54,581 bases of DNA from Minisyncoccota bacterium (GTDB lineage Bacteria > Patescibacteriota > Minisyncoccia > Phycocordibacterales > UBA9973). A model generated the notes under the pieces. That model had not been told where the DNA came from and searched no databases. It saw only the letters and a list, made by a program, of their open reading frames with translations. The position numbers were made by a program, and so were the translations under genes. The stretch is from the NCBI GenBank assembly GCA_043776915.1, contig JAYVQT010000034.1, forward strand, positions 1-54,581. The letters are read 5' to 3'. This document shows, one piece after another, positions 26,482 to 34,309 of the stretch (its first letter is position 1; every line of letters begins with the position of its first letter).

Positions 26482-27705
26482 TGTTGCTGTTTCAATATCT
26501 GATGTCGCAGATAGGGGAGTATCTGATCCTAATTCAATTCCACCAACTGTTACAGATGTTGAAATTGGTCCAGTCATGTTTGAAGTATTCGCAAATACGT
26601 CTATAATTTTTGAATCTCCCATAGCCGAGAATATATAAGAGGGAAAAACAACCTTTTTAGTTGGTTCACTAACTATATATGTTGGATCTAGGCTTGAAGT
26701 TATACCAGAAATATACGTACTAAAAGTAAATGAAAAATATGTCAACCTTGCGCTTTGATTATCTCTATTAGTAACTTTGAAGGAAGCTATTTTAGTGCCC
26801 ATTCCCTTAGTAACAGTCTGACTATTAAAATCTGGGTTAGGGACTACTGTAAAAAAAGGAGGTGCTGCGTTAACTGCTACAGGCACAGTTGAGGGGTCTA
26901 TGTTAATTATTACAGAATCAGACGTAGGTTTATTGACCATATCACCATTAGGAAGCTGAAATATATTACATTGAACTGTTGTAGTCCCTTCAGTCCAAGG
27001 TGCAGTTCCAGAAGTATTATCAAGATTTCCTGTCATTTTTCCTCCATTACTATTTTTAATACTACAGTCAGACATTCCTTTTGTTGTCCAAGTTATCACT
27101 GGCTTTGCTCGGTAAGCTACAGTAATTGCTCCTTCAGCACCATTAGCTTTGATGCTTACTGTAGGTGTATTTATTTGAGTAGAAGCTACAGAAGGCGAAA
27201 CACTAGAAACAGTATTTTGTGCTATTTGTTGAGTGTTCTGTTGAATTTGCTGAACTGTTTGCTGTATTTGTTGAACAGTAGTGACTAATCTGCTACAAGA
27301 TTCACCAGTACTTATACTAAATCTTGATGTTGAAGTGCAACCGATTGGAAGATTAGGAGTTATTGGTTGGGTTGTTGTTACTGTTTGCTCAGCTTGATTT
27401 GAAGGAGTCAGAATTATTGCCAGAATATTGTTTGCTTTTACACGAGTTGCTTTACCAAAATAACCATTTGAAGATAGCCCACTCGCTGATTGAAATGCTT
27501 TTACTGCCTTAACAGTTCCCAAACCAAACCAGCCATCTACTTTACCTGAATAGACCCCTTGGTTTTGTAAAAAATCTTGAAGCTCTTTAACGGTGTCACC
27601 CTTGGAACCATACTTCAAATTCACATCGAATGAGGCCCTAGAAAATGTAGGGGTGAGTAAGAAAACGAAAACAGCAAGTGCAAGATATTTTTGTAGACTT
27701 TTCAT
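26473..27705 (-). CDS. Secreted cell-surface protein with an N-terminal peptidoglycan-binding domain
   Basis: Signal peptide (MKSLQKYLALAVFVFLLTPTFSRA) and a PG_binding_1-like repeat (GSKGDTVKELQDFLQNQGVYSGKVDGWFGLGTVKAVKAFQ). These are followed by a Q-rich heptad repeat (QQIQQTVQQIQQNTQQIAQN) and a Thr/Ser-rich beta-type C-terminal region. Confidence 0.8.
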   Translation of the reverse strand: MKSLQKYLALAVFVFLLTPTFSRASFDVNLKYGSKGDTVKELQDFLQNQGVYSGKVDGWFGLGTVKAVKAFQSASGLSSNGYFGKATRVKANNILAIILTPSNQAEQTVTTTQPITPNLPIGCTSTSRFSISTGESCSRLVTTVQQIQQTVQQIQQNTQQIAQNTVSSVSPSVASTQINTPTVSIKANGAEGAITVAYRAKPVITWTTKGMSDCSIKNSNGGKMTGNLDNTSGTAPWTEGTTTVQCNIFQLPNGDMVNKPTSDSVIINIDPSTVPVAVNAAPPFFTVVPNPDFNSQTVTKGMGTKIASFKVTNRDNQSARLTYFSFTFSTYISGITSSLDPTYIVSEPTKKVVFPSYIFSAMGDSKIIDVFANTSNMTGPISTSVTVGGIELGSDTPLSATSDIETATVQ

Positions 27706-27870
27706 ATAATTAGAGATTTATTTACATGGCAGGACTCAAAAAGCTCCCAGCCAGATACATAAGTTTCCCCATATAGCCCGTCAAGGCGAACTCTGACTAG
27801 GAGTTCTTCGACCTTGACGGGACTTATTCACCATGCCGCCGATTACTCGAAGGTTTAGGCTACTTTCTTA
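27706..27870 (-). promoter_or_regulatory. Structured, GC-enriched 5' leader candidate upstream of the PG-binding protein gene
   Basis: By hand count, about 49% G+C over 27721-27860. Extended hairpin at 27777-27821: the outer stem cccgtcaagg/ccttgacggg is 10 bp perfect and the inner stem gaactc/gagttc is 6 bp. No T-run follows on either strand. The class is not identified. Confidence 0.35.
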
Positions 27871-28001
27871 TTTAGTAATGCTTCTAAAGCATACAATAAA
27901 ATGATAAGATATACTAGTACAATGTTCACAACATGCACATATTCACGAACTCCGATGATGTTGCCTATCTATACAAAACTTGGTTTCGGTTTTTATTCTC
28001 A

Positions 28002-28010
28002 TGGTATAAT
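28002..28010 (+). promoter_or_regulatory. Extended -10 (TGgTATAAT) 6 nt upstream of the ATG at 28017
   Basis: tggtataat at 28002-28010. This supports the internal ATG as the true start. Confidence 0.55.
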
Positions 28011-28016
28011 AGACTT

Positions 28017-28349
28017 ATGGCAACCGTCAAACAAAAATTAGCCCTAGAAAATATCGTGGAAAATCATGGAAATATAGGAAAAGCAATGAAAAATGCAGGA
28101 TACAGTGATAACACAGCAAAGAATCCTAAGAATCTAACTGAGAGTAAGGGTTATCAATCTCTCTTGGAATCATGTGGACTTACAAGAAACTTTGTCATTT
28201 CAGCACTAGTAGAAGACATTAGAAACAAACCGCAGAATAGAGGACGTGAGCTGGCAATTGCAATCGACTTACTAGGTCTTAATGATATTGATCCAGAAAA
28301 AGATGATAAGTTGGTAATTAATGTTACAAACTTTCGTACGAGGAAATAA
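28017..28349 (+). CDS. Small HTH protein resembling phage terminase small subunits (TerS, Terminase_2-like N-terminus)
   Basis: KQKLALENIVENHGNIGKAMKNAGYSDNTAKNPKNLTESKGY matches the TerS N-terminal pattern (..F..EY....N...A...AGYS..tA......L). 110 aa from ATG 28017; the upstream extension in the track overlaps the promoter. Confidence 0.5.
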   Translation: MATVKQKLALENIVENHGNIGKAMKNAGYSDNTAKNPKNLTESKGYQSLLESCGLTRNFVISALVEDIRNKPQNRGRELAIAIDLLGLNDIDPEKDDKLVINVTNFRTRK

Positions 28350-28375
28350 AAAGTACAACAGGTGTGTTCGGCAGA

Positions 28376-28400
28376 AGTGAGTTGCCTTACTCATTTTTTT
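28376..28400 (+). terminator. Intrinsic terminator after the TerS-like gene
   Basis: 7-bp stem agtgagt/actcatt (one G.U pair), loop tgcctt, followed by a T-run. Confidence 0.55.
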
Positions 28401-28487
28401 GATTCTAAAACACATTAATGTTAATATAGCAATGTGCCTATAGATCAGAGAAAGAAGCGTTTTTATTATTTTTTAATTTACAAATCT

Positions 28488-29486
28488 ATGAAAAAAGTAC
28501 TCCTCCTCACGTTTTTATTGCTTTTTATTTTAAATATATCAAAAGTATATGCAACTCAAGGAGCTTGTTCTTCTCATTTTGGAGTAAATTGTAGTACGGG
28601 AATGAGCACAACAGGTAATGTTATTTGTAATGATGGCTGGACTGATAGTAGTGTTGCTTATACAGATATGAATGAATGTATGAATAAATTATCTTGTACT
28701 CAAGCTGAGTATGACGCACTTGAGTCAAAATATGGGGTACTTGATGACTCAGGCCAACTTAATACAATTACTGGTCAGATAAATGATATATACAGTCAGA
28801 AACAAGATCTAGTAAATCAGATGAATAATTTAGATTCACAAACCTTAAATGGAATCCAGCAATCTGGTGGAATAGTAACTGCGGGACAATTGAGAAATAT
28901 TGAATTAAATAAATTAAATGATTTAAAAAATAAAAATAGACAATTGACTGAACAATATAATCAATTAAAATCTCAAGGTGATAGTCTACAGCTTAATATG
29001 ACCAATAAGACTACTCAAGTAAATAATGACTGTCACCAAATGGCGGTATCTGGATTATACGCAAAAATGAATAAGATTATAGCTGCTAGACAAATACAAT
29101 CTCAAGTAAATAATAATCAAGACAGTACACCAATAATTAATAAACAGAAGACAGAGATTGTTACTAAAACTTCTGCAAAAATGACACCAGAAGCAGAATG
29201 TTTAATGCTTTGGGGAGAGCACACTCATCCAAGTAAGGATAAATCAGAAGATATACTTTCTTCATTTTCTACTTGTGCGTGTGATAAGGGTTACTTTTTC
29301 CCTTCCTTTACGATATATAATGCCAAAATCAACAAATGCACGCTAATTAAAAATATAGATAGCGTGGCAAAATTACAACAAGTAACGACACTGCCTTCTA
29401 AGCCTATTGTTACTGAAAATCTAAATATCAAAGTACCTTGGTATAAAAAATTCTTTAATTTTCTTCCAAAATTTAAATTTTGGTAA
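28488..29486 (+). CDS. Secreted protein with Cys-rich N- and C-terminal modules around a Q/N-rich coiled coil
   Basis: Signal peptide MKKVLLLTFLLLFILNISKVYA. Cys-rich segments are GACSSHFGVNCS..VICNDGW..NECMNKLSC and EAECLMLWG..STCACDKGY..NKCTL. The start is set at ATG 28488 (the track gives GTG 28434). Confidence 0.6.
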   Translation: MKKVLLLTFLLLFILNISKVYATQGACSSHFGVNCSTGMSTTGNVICNDGWTDSSVAYTDMNECMNKLSCTQAEYDALESKYGVLDDSGQLNTITGQINDIYSQKQDLVNQMNNLDSQTLNGIQQSGGIVTAGQLRNIELNKLNDLKNKNRQLTEQYNQLKSQGDSLQLNMTNKTTQVNNDCHQMAVSGLYAKMNKIIAARQIQSQVNNNQDSTPIINKQKTEIVTKTSAKMTPEAECLMLWGEHTHPSKDKSEDILSSFSTCACDKGYFFPSFTIYNAKINKCTLIKNIDSVAKLQQVTTLPSKPIVTENLNIKVPWYKKFFNFLPKFKFW

Positions 29487-29571
29487 ATTTATTAATTTAA
29501 AAATAAAATTAAATACATACAATATTATATCAGTATAACTACTTGTTGTTTTAATATCGTAATATATAGAT

Positions 29572-30276
29572 ATGGAAATTAAGAATTATTCATCGTTAAT
29601 TACAGAAGGTGTAGAAATATGCAAAAAGGCTCAAGAATTTTCTGAGATTGATTTCTTCCCTCTACTTACAAGAGATATGATATTTGATATTGTAACTCGG
29701 TATCAAAGTTGGTTAGATACTATAATAAAATTTTTAGAAATTAAGTTAAGTAATAATGATACAAGAATTACATTCTTTCAAGAAGCTGATGGAATACCCA
29801 GTAATATTTATATTCTTTCTAATTATAAATACATGTTTGGGGGTTCAGATGAGTCAATAAAATTAATGAAGGATATGGTAATAGAAACTAGAAAAAAAAT
29901 AAATTATCTAAGAGAAATAGAACAGGAAGAATCTAGTAATGTAAATGATTTATTTACCTTTACTTTAACTAAGGATGGTCTTCTTTCTAGAAAAAAACCT
30001 ATTCCAGGTGATAAGTCTTATTCTATGGATAAAGGGTCTAGGCGGCATAAGATTATAGAAGCACTAGTATCAAATAAAAATGATAATTTTGTTTCAACAG
30101 GAGATCTCGCAGAAATAGTCAGTTGTGAAGAGGTAGAAACCCGCAAAACTTGTGGAGAAATTAGAAAACAAATTATGCAGCACTTTGCTGGAATAAAGGT
30201 AAAAGAAATCATTGATTCCAAAACAGGTAGTGGCTACCGTATTAATCCAAAAGCCAAAATAATTATTATTCCATAG
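29572..30276 (+). CDS. Hypothetical protein with a C-terminal OmpR/PhoB-type winged-helix DNA-binding domain
   Basis: The C-terminus RRHKIIEALVSNKNDNFVSTGDLAEIV...TRKTCGEIRKQI...IDSKTGSGYRINP follows the trans_reg_C pattern (..L..L......vsr..L..........v.v.I..LRkKl....I.tvrg.GYrl). There is no receiver domain. Confidence 0.5.
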   Translation: MEIKNYSSLITEGVEICKKAQEFSEIDFFPLLTRDMIFDIVTRYQSWLDTIIKFLEIKLSNNDTRITFFQEADGIPSNIYILSNYKYMFGGSDESIKLMKDMVIETRKKINYLREIEQEESSNVNDLFTFTLTKDGLLSRKKPIPGDKSYSMDKGSRRHKIIEALVSNKNDNFVSTGDLAEIVSCEEVETRKTCGEIRKQIMQHFAGIKVKEIIDSKTGSGYRINPKAKIIIIP

Positions 30277-30308
30277 TACGCCCAATATGCCTGCCAATAA
30301 CAGTTATC

Positions 30309-30331
30309 AAAGCCTTATATAAGGCTTTTTT
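30309..30331 (+). terminator. Intrinsic terminator
   Basis: 8-bp stem aaagcctt/aaggcttt, loop atat, followed by a T-run. Confidence 0.65.
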
Positions 30332-30432
30332 GCTATGCATAGCGTACCAACGAAGGATATTTTTTGATTCTATTAAATGGTCTAATCTACATAATTCTCA
30401 ATAAAGAAGATTAACATTAATTTACAAAAAAT

Positions 30433-30720
30433 ATGAAAAAAGATGGAGATAGATATTTTTATACTAGTAACTTTCCAGTAGCGGTATTTCTATGTGCAAA
30501 GAATCAACAGGTAGTCAACGTATACCCACTGGGTAGAGAGCAGAAGGAGTTTGTCTTTGTAAGGTCGTCAAGACTGGAGGAATTGGAATATAAATATAAA
30601 TTCGGAGATAAACACGATGAAGATTTACTAATTCAGGTGCATCTCTACGAACAAGCTCGGAGAGAGTTACTGAATTTACTCAAGGATACGAAATTGAACA
30701 GCGGAATTATTAGTTATTAA
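30433..30720 (+). CDS. Hypothetical small protein (95 aa) of the element
   Basis: An ORF immediately upstream of, and co-oriented with, the P-loop ATPase gene. No motif recognised with confidence. Confidence 0.4.
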   Translation: MKKDGDRYFYTSNFPVAVFLCAKNQQVVNVYPLGREQKEFVFVRSSRLEELEYKYKFGDKHDEDLLIQVHLYEQARRELLNLLKDTKLNSGIISY

Positions 30721-30732
30721 AATTGAAATTAT

Positions 30733-32103
30733 ATGGAAATCAACACAAAGAAAACGAGAAAAGCATCCCTCGTGTTAGAAGATCAAATCATTGAGACTGT
30801 ATATGACGCAATCAAGGAAGAAACACGGTTCGCTATATATAAAAACAACATTGTCGAATTTTTGGATGCAGTGACAACTCACAAAGGTGAATTCCACCCC
30901 CTTGATGCTAAGAGCGATATTGTGAGCAAGGGTGTTGTCTTGCTACCATCCATACCACTCGAATACAGCACTGATATTGAGCTTACGCTCGCAGTGCAAG
31001 CATTCATTCACAAGTATCTCGATATTTCGCCAGACTACGAGCAAATCGCCTCATACTATGTCCTCTGTAGCTGGCTGTATGACCGTTTCAACGAATTACC
31101 GTATCTTCGTGCTATTGGCGACTTTGGGAGCGGTAAAAGCCGATTTCTCCAAACTATTGGCTCTATCTGCTATAGACCTATTTTCACTGGTGGAGCAACG
31201 ACTACAGCCCCTATATTTCGCATTTTAAACGAGATACGTGGCACACTCATCCTTGACGAAGCTGACCTAAAAGCAAGCGATATGACGAACGACATTATCA
31301 AGATACTCAATATGGGATACCAGAAAGGTGGCTCTGTGTTAAGAATGGGAGGCAAAGACATGGAGGACCTAAAAGCTTTTGATGTATTTTCTCCGAAAGT
31401 AATAGCTACCAGAGAAACCTTTAATGATAAAGCTCTTGAGAGCCGATTCCTTGTTGAAGAAATGGGGCGTGGGAAGCTACGTAAAGATATACCACTCCGC
31501 CTGAGTCATAACTTTTACGCAGAAGCACTCGAGTTACGTAATAAGCTACTCATGTGGCGATTTAAGAATTACAACAAAGAATTAGTCTTTGATGATAGAG
31601 ATATTGAAGGAGTGCATCCACGGCTTAAGCAGATAGTTATTCCGCTTATGACACTCATTGATTCAGAAGAAATGAAGCAATCGCTGAAAGAGTTTGTGCA
31701 GAAATATAATGTGGAACTTACTGCTGATAGAGGGCTTTCACGGGAATCAGATATAGCGTTTGCGATACTCAAGTTTGAACATGATACGCGCAAAAAGGAG
31801 ATCACTGTGGGCGAGATTGCAGAATATGTTAACACCGACATTTTGGATTTTGACGACAAACTTACTCCTAGAAAAATTGGTTGGTATCTTCGCTCAAAAA
31901 TGCAGTTGAAGCCATATAAAACACGGCGTGGCTTTGTGCTTGAACTTGAACGTAACCGTGAAAGATTAGATTTCTGGAAAGAACGATACGGTATTACTGA
32001 TGCGGATATTCGAGGTGAAGAAGTGAATGATGTGAACGATGTGAATGTTGTAAGAAGGGTTGACGAAAAGGATATACCTACTGCTCAAGAGATCGGATTT
32101 TAG
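30733..32103 (+). CDS. P-loop NTPase with a C-terminal winged-helix region; putative replication or helicase-loader protein of the element
   Basis: Walker A GDFGSGKSRF and Walker B TLILDEAD. The C-terminal segment ITVGEIAEYV...LTPRKIGWYLRS...RRGFVLE...FWKERYGI resembles the C-terminal domain of phage/plasmid primase-associated ATPases (DUF3631-like, from memory). Confidence 0.55.
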   Translation: MEINTKKTRKASLVLEDQIIETVYDAIKEETRFAIYKNNIVEFLDAVTTHKGEFHPLDAKSDIVSKGVVLLPSIPLEYSTDIELTLAVQAFIHKYLDISPDYEQIASYYVLCSWLYDRFNELPYLRAIGDFGSGKSRFLQTIGSICYRPIFTGGATTTAPIFRILNEIRGTLILDEADLKASDMTNDIIKILNMGYQKGGSVLRMGGKDMEDLKAFDVFSPKVIATRETFNDKALESRFLVEEMGRGKLRKDIPLRLSHNFYAEALELRNKLLMWRFKNYNKELVFDDRDIEGVHPRLKQIVIPLMTLIDSEEMKQSLKEFVQKYNVELTADRGLSRESDIAFAILKFEHDTRKKEITVGEIAEYVNTDILDFDDKLTPRKIGWYLRSKMQLKPYKTRRGFVLELERNRERLDFWKERYGITDADIRGEEVNDVNDVNVVRRVDEKDIPTAQEIGF

Positions 32104-32304
32104 GTTATTACTTAACTACTGCTATTCTCCGCTGTGTCGTAGGTGTTGTCATTTGCAGTACGAAACTCCCACAAAAAAAGCTCGGAATCTTTCCCGACTA
32201 ATCCGAAAACCATACCTTTCGAGTGAAGCACCGTACATGCTCATTAAGCATGCGGGTCTTACACAGCAGGATTTTCTAGATTCGGAGAAATAAGATTTTA
32301 AAAA

Positions 32305-32469
32305 ATGGAACTTGATACAGAACAAAAAATAGTAAATATCTTTACAGACGAGGAATTGGAAAATATTTCTGGTCTATGTTCTGTTTTACAAAGAATCCGA
32401 ACCCGACTTATTTCTGAGGGCTATTCCATAAATGAATTAAGACAAAAATTACTTAAAAATAAAGTATAA
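32305..32469 (+). CDS. Candidate 54-aa ORF just upstream of the recombinase (possible directionality factor or regulator)
   Basis: MELDTEQKIVNIFTDEELENISGLCSVLQRIRTRLISEGYSINELRQKLLKNKV. It is not in the track because it is under 60 aa. It ends 27 nt before the recombinase start. Confidence 0.3.
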   Translation: MELDTEQKIVNIFTDEELENISGLCSVLQRIRTRLISEGYSINELRQKLLKNKV

Positions 32470-32496
32470 AAATGTTATAATTAAAACATTCAATTT

Positions 32497-34176
32497 ATGG
32501 CTAAAACTATTGACGAAAAACCGTATAGAAACTATTACCTTATCTATACTCGCAAAAGCACAGATGATACCGAGAATCAAAAAAATTCTCTTGCGTACCA
32601 AATCGGAGAAGCTATTAGATTAGCAAAATTACATCATCTCCCTATCGCTCCAGTTGATATAGAGAATCTCTGCAAAGATGGAATTATTAAAGAGCGTCAT
32701 ACTGGCTTTAAAGAAGATGCGGACTTTGATATTGATCCTATGGGCAAGGTTACTTACACCATTGAAAGACCTAAATTTTTAAGACTTGTTAGATTCCTCA
32801 AAGACGGATATTTCAAAGGTGTTATTTTCCTCTGTTGGGATAGAGCGAGTCGAAACAAGAATGACGATGCTGTTCTAAGAAAACTAATGAAGCAAGGTGT
32901 CGATATTCACTTCGTACAGGCTCAATACGACTCTAAAACTAGTGCTGGAGAGCTCCATATGGACGTAGACGGTATGTTCTCACAACACTTCTCTAGAGTT
33001 ATTAGTGAGAAGGTTACTAATCAAAACAGAAAGCTCCGCCAAGATGGTGTATGCACCTATAAAGCCCCTATTGGCTACTTGAATGAAGGAAATTCTAAGC
33101 ATAAACCGTTTGATCCTATTCGTGCTCCAATTATAAAAAATATCTTTGAAAAGTACGCTGAGGGAACATGGAGTCTGCATGACCTTTCCGAATGGGCCAA
33201 GACACAAGGGCTAACTATGTACCCTTCACGCCGAAAGCGAACTATGGAAGAAATGCTTGCGGATGATGAGATTAAAATTGATGCCATTTGTCGCCCAATA
33301 ACAGAAAAAATTATTCAACGAATACTTAATAATCCATTTTATATTGGTATGATTAAAGATAGGGATTCCCCAACTGGTGTGCGAGTAAGCACAAGCCATG
33401 AAGCTCTTGTCACGAATGAACTTTTTAACCGTGTTCAACAAATATTAAAATTGAAGAAAGTTAGTATTCACTACACGGAAAAAGTTTCTATGCCTTATCG
33501 TGGCATGTTGCGTTGCAATAACTGTCACCGTGTTTATACGCCCTATAAAAAGAAAGGAATCGACTATTATGGAGCAAGATGTGATAAGAATTGCTCGAAT
33601 ACTCAAAAAAGTGTTAATGGGAAATATATAGAAAACAAAATTGGTGAAAAAATAAGTGAACTTTTTTATACAGAAGAAGAGCTTGTAGAAATTGATACCA
33701 TGATAAAAACTGACCTAAAAACACTTGAAGTGAAGCGACAGAAAGGATTAGAGCAAATCCAGCGACAAAAAAGCAAAGTTCGTGAAGACCTTGCGTATCT
33801 ACGAGAAAACAAACTGCCTCTACTTAAAAGCTCTGTATACTCTCCAGAAACTTTTCTTAAAGAAGAATCTGATTTAATGGCAAAACTTCAGAATTTTTGT
33901 ACTGAAGAGAACACATCAGATGTTGCAATTGATGAAGTGGTAAAAGATTTGGTGATTCTTTCCGAACTCTTGAAGGATGCTTATGTATATTATTATTTTG
34001 CTAAACCATTCGAAAAAGAAGAATTGATTCAGAAAGTTTTTTCCGAACTCAATTTATTTGAAGATACCCTTACATACAAAACTAAAAACGGATTTAGACT
34101 TCTCGAACGAACCGAAAAGACATTATGTGCCCGAGGTGGGAATCGAACCCACATCCCTTACGAGACACGATTTTAA
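32497..34176 (+). CDS. Large serine recombinase (serine integrase)
   Basis: The N-terminal resolvase domain has the catalytic Ser context YLIYTRKSTDD..NSLAYQ and a DRASRN motif. It is followed by a recombinase domain (PIGYLNEG), a zinc ribbon (CNNCHRVYTP...CDKNCSN) and a coiled coil. The last 49 nt overlap tRNA-Leu in antisense. Confidence 0.88.
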   Translation: MAKTIDEKPYRNYYLIYTRKSTDDTENQKNSLAYQIGEAIRLAKLHHLPIAPVDIENLCKDGIIKERHTGFKEDADFDIDPMGKVTYTIERPKFLRLVRFLKDGYFKGVIFLCWDRASRNKNDDAVLRKLMKQGVDIHFVQAQYDSKTSAGELHMDVDGMFSQHFSRVISEKVTNQNRKLRQDGVCTYKAPIGYLNEGNSKHKPFDPIRAPIIKNIFEKYAEGTWSLHDLSEWAKTQGLTMYPSRRKRTMEEMLADDEIKIDAICRPITEKIIQRILNNPFYIGMIKDRDSPTGVRVSTSHEALVTNELFNRVQQILKLKKVSIHYTEKVSMPYRGMLRCNNCHRVYTPYKKKGIDYYGARCDKNCSNTQKSVNGKYIENKIGEKISELFYTEEELVEIDTMIKTDLKTLEVKRQKGLEQIQRQKSKVREDLAYLRENKLPLLKSSVYSPETFLKEESDLMAKLQNFCTEENTSDVAIDEVVKDLVILSELLKDAYVYYYFAKPFEKEELIQKVFSELNLFEDTLTYKTKNGFRLLERTEKTLCARGGNRTHIPYETRF

Positions 34177-34209
34177 GTCGTGCGCGTATACCAGTTCCGC
34201 CACTCGGGC
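34128..34209 (-). tRNA. tRNA-Leu (anticodon UAA), class II with a long variable arm; no encoded CCA
   Basis: The minus-strand sequence is GCCCGAG-TG-GCGGAACTGGTATACGC-G-CACGA-CTTAAAA-TCGTG-TCTCGTAAGGGATGT-GTGGG-TTCGATT-CCCAC-CTCGGGC-A. It folds into a complete cloverleaf. Confidence 0.9.
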
Positions 34210-34294
34210 ATATTTTAGAAATATAAATCTATCAGAGATATACTTTCTAGGTAACAGTTAGATAATCTCACAATTTTTGTAATTTTACAAACTT

Positions 34295-34303
34295 TGCTAT
34301 ACT
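34295..34303 (+). promoter_or_regulatory. Extended -10 (TGcTATACT) 6 nt upstream of the gatB ATG
   Basis: tgctatact at 34295-34303; ATG at 34310. Confidence 0.5.
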
Positions 34304-34309
34304 CTCCCT

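Larger units (their letters stand above)
27871..34127. mobile_element. Integrative element (about 6.3 kb) at the 3' end of tRNA-Leu(UAA), with a large serine recombinase; possibly satellite-like
   Basis: Contains a serine recombinase, a P-loop replication-type ATPase, wHTH/HTH proteins, a TerS-like protein and a secreted cargo protein. All are absent from the housekeeping context and lie in separate promoter/terminator units. The right end abuts or overlaps the tRNA. The left boundary is not defined and could extend to about 25754. Confidence 0.55.

Noticed and set aside
27706-27870. Assigning the leader of the PG-binding gene to the c-di-AMP (ydaO) riboswitch class
   Set aside because: Only short strings are similar. 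I could not build the pseudo-two-fold architecture or find the paired ACGGGG/CCCA-type cores. The region is kept as an unclassified structured leader instead.
27907-27915. The 9-mer agatatact, shared between the left side of the island (27907) and the region just beyond tRNA-Leu (34245), as candidate att direct repeats
   Set aside because: A 9-nt AT-rich match between two ~200-nt windows is close to chance expectation. Serine recombinases do not need long direct repeats, and using it would place the intact tRNA inside the element.
32060-32293. A 77-aa ORF overlapping the end of the P-loop ATPase gene
   Set aside because: It is out of frame with and overlaps the ATPase C-terminus. The sequence is Arg/Leu/Cys-rich and not protein-like. 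Only its last ~15 residues hint at an XRE HTH, so at most it is a remnant.
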